Source: a virus
Lineage: Duplodnaviria > Caudoviricetes
Strand: one strand, 5' to 3'
DNA: 50,547 nt
Virus record (IMG/VR): IMGVR_UViG_3300030329_004012
Coordinates: 1 to 50,547 of that record
Positions 1 through 9,439 of this stretch are shown here, one piece after another. Under the pieces are notes generated by a model. It saw nothing but the letters and a program-made list of their open reading frames with translations. It was not told the origin of the DNA and made no database searches. Both the position numbers and the translations under genes were made by a program. The number at the start of each line of letters is the position of its first letter. The first letter of the stretch is position 1.

Positions 1-98
1 ATTTGGTACAAGAAGTAGAAAGAATTTAGCAACTTGCGATGAAAGGTTGCAAAAAATATTAAATGAAGTAATTAAATATGTTGATTGTAGTGTAATAG
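1..98. repeat. Terminal direct repeat, left copy (identical to 50449-50546); most likely the circular assembly overlap
   Basis: ATTTGGTACAAGAAGTAG...GATTGTAGTGTAATAG occurs at both ends; the next base differs (A at 99, G at 50547); the repeat lies inside a gene. Confidence 0.95.
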
Positions 99-394
99 AG
101 GGGCACAGAAGTGAAGAAAGGCAAAATAAGCTTTATGATGAAGGAAAAACTAAAGTTAGGTACCCAAGTGGTCGTCATAACGATTATCCTAGCAGGGCTG
201 TTGATGTGGTCCCTTATCCTATTGATTGGAATGACCGCGAGCGTTTCCACCTTTTTGCTGGATTTGTCTTGGGCATTGCTCAGTCTATGGGAATAAAACT
301 ACGTTGGGGAGGAGATTGGAATCAAAACTTTGAAGTTGATGACAATAATTTTGATGACTTTCCTCACTTTGAACTAAATAAAAAAGGAAAATAA
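2..394 (+). CDS. Endolysin, M15-family (L-Ala-D-Glu-type) peptidase; 3' part of a gene starting at 50441 (about 133 aa in total)
   Basis: Motifs GHRSEERQ, SGRHN, AVDVVP, RWGGDW, DFPHFEL are typical of M15C phage endolysins; the frame is open from base 2 and joins ATG CCT AGA at 50441. Confidence 0.9.
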   Translation, partial: FGTRSRKNLATCDERLQKILNEVIKYVDCSVIEGHRSEERQNKLYDEGKTKVRYPSGRHNDYPSRAVDVVPYPIDWNDRERFHLFAGFVLGIAQSMGIKLRWGGDWNQNFEVDDNNFDDFPHFELNKKGK

Positions 395-395
395 T

Positions 396-866
396 ATGGC
401 AATTACAAATAGAGGTCTTTTAGGTCTTGTAGGAATGGACGGAGCTGGTGCAAGCCAAACTCCTGCTGGATTAGGACCAGAAGCAACAAGATTGTTTCAT
501 AATCCTTCAGCTTATAATTGGGGAAAATACGCAATAGCCAATCCATACTTTACTCCTGAAGATGAAATTTTAGATTCAGCACTTGGTCAGCAAGGTTATG
601 ATATGTATGAGAATGCATATGACTGGGATGAAGATTGGCGTGTAGGCTCTGGAATAGCTAATTTGACAGAATCAGCTTTAGCTGGTCGTTACCAAAGTTA
701 TAGACAGCATCCTAGTACAACTGCTGGCTATACTTCTGATGAAGGTTGGGATGCTCCTAGAGGTTATGGAATGAACGCGAATATTCAAGATATAGTACAA
801 GCACAACATGGTATGTCTTCAGGAGCAGCTAATGTTGCGCGAGCATTATTAGAAGAACCTTACTAA
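396..866 (+). CDS. Hypothetical protein (Gly/Ala/Asp-rich, possibly virion-associated)
   Basis: 156-aa ORF with AAGGA RBS, tightly packed; no motif recognised. Confidence 0.6.
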   Translation: MAITNRGLLGLVGMDGAGASQTPAGLGPEATRLFHNPSAYNWGKYAIANPYFTPEDEILDSALGQQGYDMYENAYDWDEDWRVGSGIANLTESALAGRYQSYRQHPSTTAGYTSDEGWDAPRGYGMNANIQDIVQAQHGMSSGAANVARALLEEPY

Positions 867-867
867 T

Positions 868-1626
868 TTGTATACTATTAATATAGACCATAAAGATAAA
901 GGTCTTACAACATATACAGTTTATAGAAAAGAAGAAGCTGATAAACAAGGAATAGAGTATGTTTACTGGAAATTGGCTCAAGTGGGAGACTATGCTATAT
1001 CTGACGATGACTATGTTGCTAAGGTCATTAAAAGAAAAAAGTATCCTTCTAATCACAACAAAGAGAATGTATATCTCAGATTTCCATGGGGTTACACTTT
1101 TTTTAATCCTAAATATGCTTCTAAACAATTAAAGGTATCAGGTAGGAAGACTAACACAACCTTATCAGGCAAACCAGCTTTGGAGGTTAAGTCTAAGCAA
1201 GATATGATGAAGAATCTTGCAAAAGCCTACTCTGTTACTTGGGACTATAACTTAGCACTTGATATGGTCTTAGGTAGTTATACACCCACTGAATTTAAAA
1301 AGTGGAAACGAATGATGAAAACGGAGGTTTTTGATAAAATGATTAAGGAAGAACTTGCAGACTTATTATCTGACCATGGGCTAGATAAAACCTATACTTT
1401 AGAACTATTTTCTAAAGTAATAGAAATGGCTCAGGATAAAAAAGATGTTACTAATCTTATGCGTGCTGTAGAGAATCTACAAGGTATGCACGGTATGAAA
1501 GAGAAGCAACTTATTAAAACAACAGAGAGTATTGAGGCTGTAAGCAATACTAAGTTAATAGATGAACTGAGAGAAGAAGAAGATAAGCTTATAGCTACTA
1601 AGACTACAACTAAAGAGAGTCAATGA
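868..1626 (+). CDS. Probable terminase small subunit / DNA-binding protein
   Basis: 252-aa ORF upstream of terL with a helical C-terminal half; positional inference. Confidence 0.5.
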   Translation: MYTINIDHKDKGLTTYTVYRKEEADKQGIEYVYWKLAQVGDYAISDDDYVAKVIKRKKYPSNHNKENVYLRFPWGYTFFNPKYASKQLKVSGRKTNTTLSGKPALEVKSKQDMMKNLAKAYSVTWDYNLALDMVLGSYTPTEFKKWKRMMKTEVFDKMIKEELADLLSDHGLDKTYTLELFSKVIEMAQDKKDVTNLMRAVENLQGMHGMKEKQLIKTTESIEAVSNTKLIDELREEEDKLIATKTTTKESQ

Positions 1627-1766
1627 ACAAAACTGAAAGTATAAAACTTGAGACTCCTATGGGAACTATAGAAAGCGATAGTGGAAATCATTTAATAGAT
1701 ATTGGAACTGTTATTCTATTAATATTGGTTCTTATGGTTAGTAAAAAATACATATGGAATAAGTAA
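1623..1766 (+). CDS. Small membrane protein, 47 aa (not in ORF track)
   Basis: MNKTESIKLETPMGTIESDSGNHLIDIGTVILLILVLMVSKKYIWNK*; ATGA overlap with the upstream stop, TAATG overlap with terL. Confidence 0.65.
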   Translation: MNKTESIKLETPMGTIESDSGNHLIDIGTVILLILVLMVSKKYIWNK

Positions 1767-3259
1767 TGGACTTTGAAGCTCAATATGAGCAAATGCAGGC
1801 TTTAAAGAAGCTTCGTAATAATATGGCTCTGTTCGGAAGGCACTGCTTCCCTACAGCCCTTAGAAAGAGTACGCCACCGTTTCATAATGAGGTATACTCT
1901 TCTCTAGCTAACGACAACAAAAGGAGGGTGTTAATTGCAGCTCCCCGTGGTACAGCTAAGTCTACAGTTACCACCCTCATCTTCCCTTTATGGAAAGTAG
2001 CTTTTAAGAAAAGCGATGAAGATTTATTTATTGTTATTATATCTGAATCACAAACTCAGTCTATAAACTTCTTATCACGTATTAAATATCATCTAACTCA
2101 TTCAGATAAATTTAAAGAGATATTTGGAGACCTTGGTCCTGATACCGCTAAAAGATGGACTAATAATGATATAGTTCTTAAAAATGGAGCAAGACTTATA
2201 GCGGTAGGTACAGGACAAAGAGTAAGAGGATTTATCGAAGGTGATACTCGTCCTAATCTTATTATAGTAGATGACTTTGAATCTGAACTAAATGCATATA
2301 CTGCAGAAGCTAGAGCTAAGAATAGAAAATGGATAACTGAAGCTGTTATACCGTCATTATCAGATGAAGGCAGGATAGCTATGATTGGTACTGTAATATC
2401 TGAAGATTGCTTTTTATATTGGGCAAAAGACTCAGATGCTTGGAATACTTTATGGTATTCTATATGGGATGAAGATGAAAAAAGTATATGGCCTGAAAGA
2501 TTTCCTAAATCAAGAATAATGGAAATAAAAAAAGAATTTCAATCTGTAGGAAACTTAAATGGTTTTTATCAAGAGTATATGAATATAGCTCAATCTCCTG
2601 ATATGGCTCCATTCAAACCAGAATGGATTAAATTACATCATTACGATTTTGAAAGAATAAATGGGCAAAATTGCCTAGTAAGGACTAAAGGTGAAGAAAA
2701 AGATATTAAGCCAATTGAAGTCTACTGTGGAGTTGACCCTGCTAGTAGCCTTTCTTCCACTGCTGATTATTTTGTGGTCTCTACAATCGGTATTGATTAT
2801 GATAATAATAAGTATATTATTGATATATTTCGCGATAGAATATCTCCAGCAGAGCAGCCTACGAAACTTATTGAAGTTTATAAGAAGTTTAGGCCTAGAA
2901 GAATGAAGATTGAAACAGTTGGTTATCAAGAAGCTTTAAGAACAGCTGTTAGAGAAATTATGTTAAAAGAAAATTTATATATCCCTGGATTAGAAAAAGG
3001 TGTAAAACCTCGTACGCGTAAAAGCGAAAGGTTACTTTCATTAGTTCCTTTATTTGCTAAGGGAACTTTTTACTTTAGACCTCAAGATAATATTGCTCAA
3101 CAAGAATTTCTATCATATCCAAGAGGTAAACATGATGATGTTATGGATGCTATATGGACTGCTTTAGATGGTTCGAAACCATCAAGAAAAAAACAGTTTA
3201 ATAATTTTGATGAAAACATTCAACCAGTTCAGAAAAAGCTTGATTGGATGACTTTATAG
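1766..3259 (+). CDS. terL: Terminase large subunit
   Basis: Walker A-like APRGTAKST, Walker B IIVDDFE, coupling motif IGT, RNase H-like nuclease GVDPA...HDDVMDA. Confidence 0.95.
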   Translation: MDFEAQYEQMQALKKLRNNMALFGRHCFPTALRKSTPPFHNEVYSSLANDNKRRVLIAAPRGTAKSTVTTLIFPLWKVAFKKSDEDLFIVIISESQTQSINFLSRIKYHLTHSDKFKEIFGDLGPDTAKRWTNNDIVLKNGARLIAVGTGQRVRGFIEGDTRPNLIIVDDFESELNAYTAEARAKNRKWITEAVIPSLSDEGRIAMIGTVISEDCFLYWAKDSDAWNTLWYSIWDEDEKSIWPERFPKSRIMEIKKEFQSVGNLNGFYQEYMNIAQSPDMAPFKPEWIKLHHYDFERINGQNCLVRTKGEEKDIKPIEVYCGVDPASSLSSTADYFVVSTIGIDYDNNKYIIDIFRDRISPAEQPTKLIEVYKKFRPRRMKIETVGYQEALRTAVREIMLKENLYIPGLEKGVKPRTRKSERLLSLVPLFAKGTFYFRPQDNIAQQEFLSYPRGKHDDVMDAIWTALDGSKPSRKKQFNNFDENIQPVQKKLDWMTL

Positions 3260-3279
3260 TTGTATATTAAGTTGATAAA
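3240..3279 (+). promoter_or_regulatory. Putative sigma70-like promoter for the head operon
   Basis: TTGATT (3240-45), 17 nt, TATATT (3263-68); the 19-mer TGTATATTAAGTTGATAAA is identical at 48789-48807. Confidence 0.65.
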
Positions 3280-3291
3280 AAGTAGGTATAA

Positions 3292-5499
3292 ATGGAAGAA
3301 AATAAGACACCAGAAATAGTAACTGAGACTTTACAGTTATATAAGGATTACAGTAAAAAGAGAGACCCTTGGGCTACACAGGCAAAAGAAGATAAAGAAT
3401 TTCGTTTAGGTAGACAATGGAGTAAAGAACAATCTAAAATACTTGAATCAAGAGGACAGGCTCCAATTGTTATTAATCGTATACACCCTGCTGTTGAATC
3501 TGCAAAAGCAATGCTTACAGCTAAAAGACCTTCTTTTAGAGCAGCTCCAAGAGAAGATTCCGATAATAAAGTAGCACAAGTTTTAAGTAATCTATTATCT
3601 TATATGTATGATATATCCGATGGTGAATCTGTTATTAAACAAGCTATAGACGATTATTATGTAATGGGAATAGGTTACATAAATGTATACCAAGACCCTA
3701 TGATGGATATGGGCAAAGGTGAGGTTTGCATGCATGATATAGACCCTCTTGATGTCTATGTTGACCCTAATAGTCGAAACAAATTCTTTGATGATGCCGA
3801 AAATATAATTGTGTCACGTTTATTTAGTAGAGAGCAAGCTAAAAAGCTTTATCCTAAATATAAAAAAGAAATAGATGATGCTAATAGTGAACAAGATTTT
3901 AATATGCCAGAAACTGGAAGAGATAATAATAGTGAAATATTCTTTCCAGAAGATGTAGGATTATTACATGAACAAAGTGAATATGTAAGAGGTTATGAAA
4001 GATACTATAAAATAGAAGTTCCTAGAGTTAGAGTATTTGAAGAGTTCTCTGGAAAAGAATATTTATTCAAAGAAGAAGAGTTCAATCAATACATACAAAG
4101 ACCAGCCTGGATAATTGAGGGTAATATTATTACAGATGAAAAACAAGCTGAAAAATTAGTTCTTCAATTAGAAGAGAAAAGAGAACTAAATATATTAAAG
4201 GAACAAGCAGTTAATGAAGCACAAATGAAAGAAGCTGGTTATCCTGCAGAAAGCGAATTACCTCCTTCTCAAATACCTCCTGTTATGGCGCAAAAGATTG
4301 ACTTTCAAGAGTTGATTTTAAAACAAGCAATTAAAATTGTTAAATTAATGGCTACAAGAATTAAGCAATGTATCATTGTTGGAGAAACACTATTATATTC
4401 AAGAATACTTCCTTGTGAAGATTATCCTATAGTTCCTTTATGTAATCTGCATACTAGAACTCCTTATCCTACTTCTGATGTTAGAATGGTAAAAGGTTTA
4501 CAAGAATACATAAATAAAACTCGTTCTTTAATAATAGCACATGCTACTACAAGTACTAATACTAAAATATTAGTTCCAGAAGGCAGTATTGATATGCAAG
4601 AGTTTGAAGAAAAATGGGCACAGCCTGGTGTTGCTATACCTTATGACCCAACAGATGGAGCTCCTGTAACAGTTCAACCTAGTCCGTTACCTAATGAGCT
4701 ATACTCAAATGAACAGACTGCTAAAAACGATATTGACCATCAATTAGGATTATATGAATTAATGCAAGGAAATACTGCTGCAGCTCCAGAAACATATAAA
4801 GCAACTATTGCTTTAGATGAATTTGGTCAAAGAAAAATAAAATCTAAATTAGCAGATGTAGAAGCCGCATTAGTTAGAGTAGGACAAGTAGCAATCCCAT
4901 TAATGCAACAATTATATAGCACTCAAAAAGTGTTTAGAGTCATTCAACCAAATAACTCTATAAACGAATATGTTATTAATAAAAAACTAGTTGATGATAA
5001 AACTGGTGAAATAAAAATTATTAATGATATTACAGTTGGTAAATACGATATTACAGTTGTAAGCGGAGGTACATTACCAACTAATAGATATGCAGAATTA
5101 GAATTTTATATGGATGCTTATGCTAAAGGACTTGTTGATAAGGTTGAAGTTCTTAAGAAAACAGAAGTGTTCGATATGGAAGGGGTCATGCAAAGGACCG
5201 ATGCTATTACCCAATTACAACAACAATTACAAGCAGCTCAAGAAAATATTAAAAAGCTTCAAGGTGACTTGCAAACTAGAGATAGAGAAGCAGTTAACCT
5301 TAGGAAAAGAGTTGAGGTTGAGAAATTTAAAGCCGACCTTGATAAAATCCAAAATAAAGCTCAATCTTCTGGGACCTTGTATGAGAAAAGATTGGATGAT
5401 AGCTTAGCTACAGTTAAGCGTCAGATTTCTGAGGCAACTAAAAATCCTAGTTCACCTCCTGGTAGCGAAGGAGCAACTAAAACAAAAGGAAAGAAATAA
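3292..5499 (+). CDS. Portal protein (P22-like, with C-terminal coiled-coil barrel)
   Basis: Follows terL; GRQW, RGQAPIVINRI, DPLDVYVDP, DMVKGLQ-like and GKYDI segments; Gln-rich coiled C-terminus. Confidence 0.9.
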   Translation: MEENKTPEIVTETLQLYKDYSKKRDPWATQAKEDKEFRLGRQWSKEQSKILESRGQAPIVINRIHPAVESAKAMLTAKRPSFRAAPREDSDNKVAQVLSNLLSYMYDISDGESVIKQAIDDYYVMGIGYINVYQDPMMDMGKGEVCMHDIDPLDVYVDPNSRNKFFDDAENIIVSRLFSREQAKKLYPKYKKEIDDANSEQDFNMPETGRDNNSEIFFPEDVGLLHEQSEYVRGYERYYKIEVPRVRVFEEFSGKEYLFKEEEFNQYIQRPAWIIEGNIITDEKQAEKLVLQLEEKRELNILKEQAVNEAQMKEAGYPAESELPPSQIPPVMAQKIDFQELILKQAIKIVKLMATRIKQCIIVGETLLYSRILPCEDYPIVPLCNLHTRTPYPTSDVRMVKGLQEYINKTRSLIIAHATTSTNTKILVPEGSIDMQEFEEKWAQPGVAIPYDPTDGAPVTVQPSPLPNELYSNEQTAKNDIDHQLGLYELMQGNTAAAPETYKATIALDEFGQRKIKSKLADVEAALVRVGQVAIPLMQQLYSTQKVFRVIQPNNSINEYVINKKLVDDKTGEIKIINDITVGKYDITVVSGGTLPTNRYAELEFYMDAYAKGLVDKVEVLKKTEVFDMEGVMQRTDAITQLQQQLQAAQENIKKLQGDLQTRDREAVNLRKRVEVEKFKADLDKIQNKAQSSGTLYEKRLDDSLATVKRQISEATKNPSSPPGSEGATKTKGKK

Positions 5500-6410
5500 T
5501 GGCACAAATAGACGAAACAAATGTGGATACCCCTAGTGGACACCAAGAGGGCTCCAGTTTATCAATTGAAGATGCGTTTTTTTCAGATAGTATTGAAGGT
5601 ACAACCACTGAAGAAACTAATGTAGTTCAAGAAGCGGTAAGTGAGGATGGTAGTAAACCTGTTTCAAACCCTGTGACTTCTAACGATAATGATGAGAGAA
5701 GATACCAGTATTGGCAATCTCAGGCAGATAAAGTTAAAAATGAAAACAGCGCTTTGAAACAGCAGTTAAATACTATGCAATCTCAGATTAATAATGTACA
5801 GCAAGCTCAAGCTCCTGTGCAAGAACAACCTGCAGAAGAATTCCCTCCACCTCCAGATAGACCTGAAAAACCATCAGGGTTTACCAGAGCCGATGCTTTG
5901 GAAGACCCAAGTAGTCCTAGTGCAAGATATCTTGATGAAGTTGAAACTTGGCGTGATAAAATGACTGAATATTCAGCAATGAAAAGCGAATATAACAATG
6001 CAGTATTACAAGAAAGACTTGATAAAGAGGAGCAGGTTAGAGTTGAGAACATAAAAAGAGCTCAAGCTCAACAACAAGCAAATCAACAGCTTCGTGGAAT
6101 ATACGAAGAAGTCCAAGGACATCATGGTCTTTCTGAACAAGAAGCTCAGTCTTTTATATCAGATATGTCAAAACCAGATTCTTTAAATATAGATAACCTA
6201 GTTGAACTTTGGAGAATTAAAAACGGTAGTGGTGCAGCAATGAATCAAGCTCCTGCCCAACCTAGTGAAACTTTTAATCAGCAAGCTAGAGCACAGCAAG
6301 TAGCTTCACCTATGGGTGTATTGCCTTCACAGCAACCTGTTCAAAAATCTTCCGAAGAATCAATTATGGATTCAATGATAAATGATTACAAGAAAAGTAA
6401 TCCTTGGTAA
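5499..6410 (+). CDS. Capsid scaffolding protein
   Basis: Between portal and capsid; acidic, low complexity, coiled-coil (YWQSQADK), Pro/Gln-rich. Confidence 0.75.
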   Translation: MAQIDETNVDTPSGHQEGSSLSIEDAFFSDSIEGTTTEETNVVQEAVSEDGSKPVSNPVTSNDNDERRYQYWQSQADKVKNENSALKQQLNTMQSQINNVQQAQAPVQEQPAEEFPPPPDRPEKPSGFTRADALEDPSSPSARYLDEVETWRDKMTEYSAMKSEYNNAVLQERLDKEEQVRVENIKRAQAQQQANQQLRGIYEEVQGHHGLSEQEAQSFISDMSKPDSLNIDNLVELWRIKNGSGAAMNQAPAQPSETFNQQARAQQVASPMGVLPSQQPVQKSSEESIMDSMINDYKKSNPW

Positions 6411-6475
6411 ATTAAACTAATTCTTACTCGAAGGTCTACGCGACAGCTGAGAGAAGAATATAATTGGAGATTGAA

Positions 6476-7807
6476 ATGGCTAACTTTTATAGTGGTCAGG
6501 GTAGTAATGCGCCTCAAGGTGTTTCAATCGATAGTACTCGTAGATTATTTAACTTTGGGGAAAGAGTTGCAGAACTTGCTCCTCAACAAAGTCCATTTTT
6601 CGTTTACTTATCGAAAGTTGCCAAAAAAGCGACAAACGACCCTGTTTTTAAATGGCTAGAACAACGTCACCAATGGCAAAGAAGAAATTTTGTAGTTAGT
6701 GAAGCTGTAGCAAGTAATGCTTATACAGCTGGAACTGAGTATATAAATGATTCAGGTGATGATTTGGTAGAACTAGCTTGTTATTATGATGAATACGGTA
6801 GTATTCAATCAGCAGAACAAAAACCTAACTTTTTAGTTCAAGGTTTGATAGTAGCAATTGAGGACACAACTGGAACTCCTCGTAGATTTCTTGTAGATGC
6901 AACTCCGTCTGTAACTTCAGGCGCTGGTGTAGTAGATACAAAACTTAAATTCTACGATACAGCTGATGCGACTTTTGCTATTGCAGACCAAGCTAGAGGT
7001 CAGGTTATAGGTAGTGCTTATGCAGAGGGAACTGATACTCCTGATGGATGGCAAGATAAAATGTACGATAGAGAAGGCTATTGCCAGATATTTAAAACTG
7101 GTATGAGCATATTCTCTGGTACAGCTTTAGCTACTGAGTATAGAGGTATTAAAAATGAGTTTCAAAGAGTTTGGACAGAAAAACTAATGGAACACAAAAT
7201 GGATATTGAGCAAGCAATGTTGTTCGGTAACGGTACTTCAAGTAACGAAGCTAGTAGTAGTGCTCCTTTAAGGAGAACTCATGGTATCCTACCTTATGCT
7301 GAGACATACGGAAAAGTCTATAATATGACATATGATTCATCTGGTTATGATGCTTTCTTAGATGCGATGGAAGATTACTTCGCTCCTGAAGGTGGAAATA
7401 GTGGAAATAAACTTGTATTAGCTTCAAGAAAAGTTATCACATATCTAAATAAATTAGGTTCTGGTGGCTTTATGAATAATACAGTTGGAAGTTCACAATA
7501 CAGATTAAATGTGGATAACGTTCCTGGTCAATTTGGACATACAGTAACAAAAGTAAATACTATATTTGGTAATTTACATTTTGTAGCAGAACCTTTATTA
7601 AGAGGTGTTTGGGAAAATTACTGTGTTGCAGTTGATTTAAAGAATGTTGCTTATCGTCCATTAATGGGTAATGGTATTAGTCGAGATACCTATATAGAAA
7701 CTAATGTTCAAGACAACGGTGTTGATGGTCGACAAGACCAAATCATTACTGAAGCTGGCTTGGAAATTCAGTTACCTGAAACCCATGCAGTTCTTAAGTT
7801 TTCTTAA
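6476..7807 (+). CDS. Major capsid protein (SU10/DUF5309-like)
   Basis: Position after scaffold; SPFFVYL, FKWLE, GSAYAEG, YCQIF, DIEQAMLFG, TEAGLE motifs; GGAG RBS favours ATG 6476 over TTG 6464. Confidence 0.88.
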   Translation: MANFYSGQGSNAPQGVSIDSTRRLFNFGERVAELAPQQSPFFVYLSKVAKKATNDPVFKWLEQRHQWQRRNFVVSEAVASNAYTAGTEYINDSGDDLVELACYYDEYGSIQSAEQKPNFLVQGLIVAIEDTTGTPRRFLVDATPSVTSGAGVVDTKLKFYDTADATFAIADQARGQVIGSAYAEGTDTPDGWQDKMYDREGYCQIFKTGMSIFSGTALATEYRGIKNEFQRVWTEKLMEHKMDIEQAMLFGNGTSSNEASSSAPLRRTHGILPYAETYGKVYNMTYDSSGYDAFLDAMEDYFAPEGGNSGNKLVLASRKVITYLNKLGSGGFMNNTVGSSQYRLNVDNVPGQFGHTVTKVNTIFGNLHFVAEPLLRGVWENYCVAVDLKNVAYRPLMGNGISRDTYIETNVQDNGVDGRQDQIITEAGLEIQLPETHAVLKFS

Positions 7808-7821
7808 GTAGGAGGTAGATT

Positions 7822-8382
7822 ATGGCTTTATTAGGTATAAGTGCATCTGGCTCCACTGGAGCTGAGATAACTGATGGTACAACTCATGCTACAGATTCTG
7901 AGTATGGGAAATGGAAGTTTGATAATGAAAATGGTATAGGTTATCTTTATACTAGTGAAACTGACCCTTCTGATACTGATGCTGAATTTATCAGTCCAGC
8001 TTTAAGAGGGACTTGGGTTAACGGTAGAAAGATAATTGTTGGATTTAATATTACTACAGCAGGTGCAGATGTTGCATCTGGCTTTAGTATTGATGGTTCA
8101 CATGACGGTAAAAATTGGGTTATGATTGGCTCTGAATTAGATGCTGATATAACACCTGATGCTACTGGCGTACAACTCTATACAGTTGATTTATCTGACT
8201 ATACATTACCTTGGTATAGACTAACAATGAATGATGATACTCATAATGCAGTAAATATTAAGTATCAATTTTATTGTTCAGGTATTGACCCTACATATTA
8301 TGTTGGTATGGATGTTAATGCAACTACCAATTCTATGATTGGTGGTGTAGGTCCAGACCCATCTCACGGTCAAACAAACTAA
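7822..8382 (+). CDS. Virion structural protein (capsid decoration candidate)
   Basis: AGGAGG RBS; directly after the capsid gene and before the hairpin; beta-rich (GSHDGKNW). Confidence 0.6.
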   Translation: MALLGISASGSTGAEITDGTTHATDSEYGKWKFDNENGIGYLYTSETDPSDTDAEFISPALRGTWVNGRKIIVGFNITTAGADVASGFSIDGSHDGKNWVMIGSELDADITPDATGVQLYTVDLSDYTLPWYRLTMNDDTHNAVNIKYQFYCSGIDPTYYVGMDVNATTNSMIGGVGPDPSHGQTN

Positions 8383-8405
8383 TAATAGTATTTAATATAC
8401 TAAAT

Positions 8406-8431
8406 TATAGGGGGCCTTCGGGCCCCTTATA
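8406..8431 (+). terminator. Strong hairpin with a C(UUCG)G tetraloop after the capsid/decoration genes
   Basis: TATAGGGGGCC-TTCG-GGCCCCTTATA; weak U tail, so probably a leaky terminator or stabiliser. Confidence 0.7.
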
Positions 8432-8441
8432 AGGAGATAAA

Positions 8442-8546
8442 ATGGCAAAAAAAGTTTATAGTGGTAGTATAGGAAATAAATATAATTCTAGTGTTAAACC
8501 AAGTACTAGAAGAAAGCATAGTAAAAAAAATAAAAAGGGTAAATAA
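8442..8546 (+). CDS. Small basic peptide, 34 aa (not in ORF track)
   Basis: AAGGAG RBS; MAKKVYSGSIGNKYNSSVKPSTRRKHSKKNKKGK*; TAATG coupling to the next gene. Confidence 0.65.
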   Translation: MAKKVYSGSIGNKYNSSVKPSTRRKHSKKNKKGK

Positions 8547-9439
8547 TGGCTGGTAATAATGGTGGCAACTTAAATATTGATGACATAGGTTCTAATATTG
8601 GATTATCTCCATATGGAGATGATGTTGGCACAATGTCAATGTCTGTTGGTGGAGGTAAAGCTCCAATAGATTATTTAAAATTTATTTTAAGTGATGCAGT
8701 TTTTGATATGTTTGGAGATTTTGTAGTAAATAACGCTTTTGAAGAAGCATTTATAGAGATTTCAGACTTAATATTAGATGATATAATATTAGATAACTTA
8801 TATGAAAGATATTCAATAACAGCTAATTCAACATATAATGATGGAGCTTTTACTAAAACGCATAAAAAAAGAATTTTAAAAGTAGTAAGACAAAATACTA
8901 CAGCTGAAGATACCGTAAATGATAATCAATATTATTATAACTGTAGAAAAGTTTTTAACTATGATGGCCAAGCTGTAAATCCAAATAGTTTATATTTTGA
9001 AAATGACCCATTTAATCCTGCATGGTATGTTAACTCATCAGGAGGTATAAATATTCTTCCTAAAAATTCATCTTCTGAACCTACTGGAAAAATTTATTAT
9101 ATGTCTTTTCCAAAGTTTGGAGTAGGAGTAAATATAGATTCATATCAAACACACAATTTAGATGAAGCTTCTGGATTACAAAATTTTGTTTTAATTGGAG
9201 CAAGTGATGAAAAAGAATTATTTTATGGTATTCCTGATGATTGTAGAAAAGCTGTATATGTATCAATGGCTTTAAATTTAGTAGAAGGATATTTAAGTGA
9301 CTTTATTCATGACGATGAAGATTTAGAATTGGTTGAATTATTAACAAAACAATCTAACACATTAGTTGGAATAAAAGCTATTCTTATAAATAATGTTAGA
9401 AGTAAATATGGCATTCCTGCAGAAAGAAGTCAAAACTAA
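8546..9439 (+). CDS. Virion protein, head-tail adaptor candidate
   Basis: Position in the structural operon; PAWY...INILP segment resembles podoviral adaptors. Confidence 0.55.
   Translation: MAGNNGGNLNIDDIGSNIGLSPYGDDVGTMSMSVGGGKAPIDYLKFILSDAVFDMFGDFVVNNAFEEAFIEISDLILDDIILDNLYERYSITANSTYNDGAFTKTHKKRILKVVRQNTTAEDTVNDNQYYYNCRKVFNYDGQAVNPNSLYFENDPFNPAWYVNSSGGINILPKNSSSEPTGKIYYMSFPKFGVGVNIDSYQTHNLDEASGLQNFVLIGASDEKELFYGIPDDCRKAVYVSMALNLVEGYLSDFIHDDEDLELVELLTKQSNTLVGIKAILINNVRSKYGIPAERSQN

Noticed and set aside
1-98. Biological direct terminal repeat of the virion DNA
   Set aside because: It falls mid-gene and is about one assembly k-mer long; an assembly overlap is the simpler explanation.
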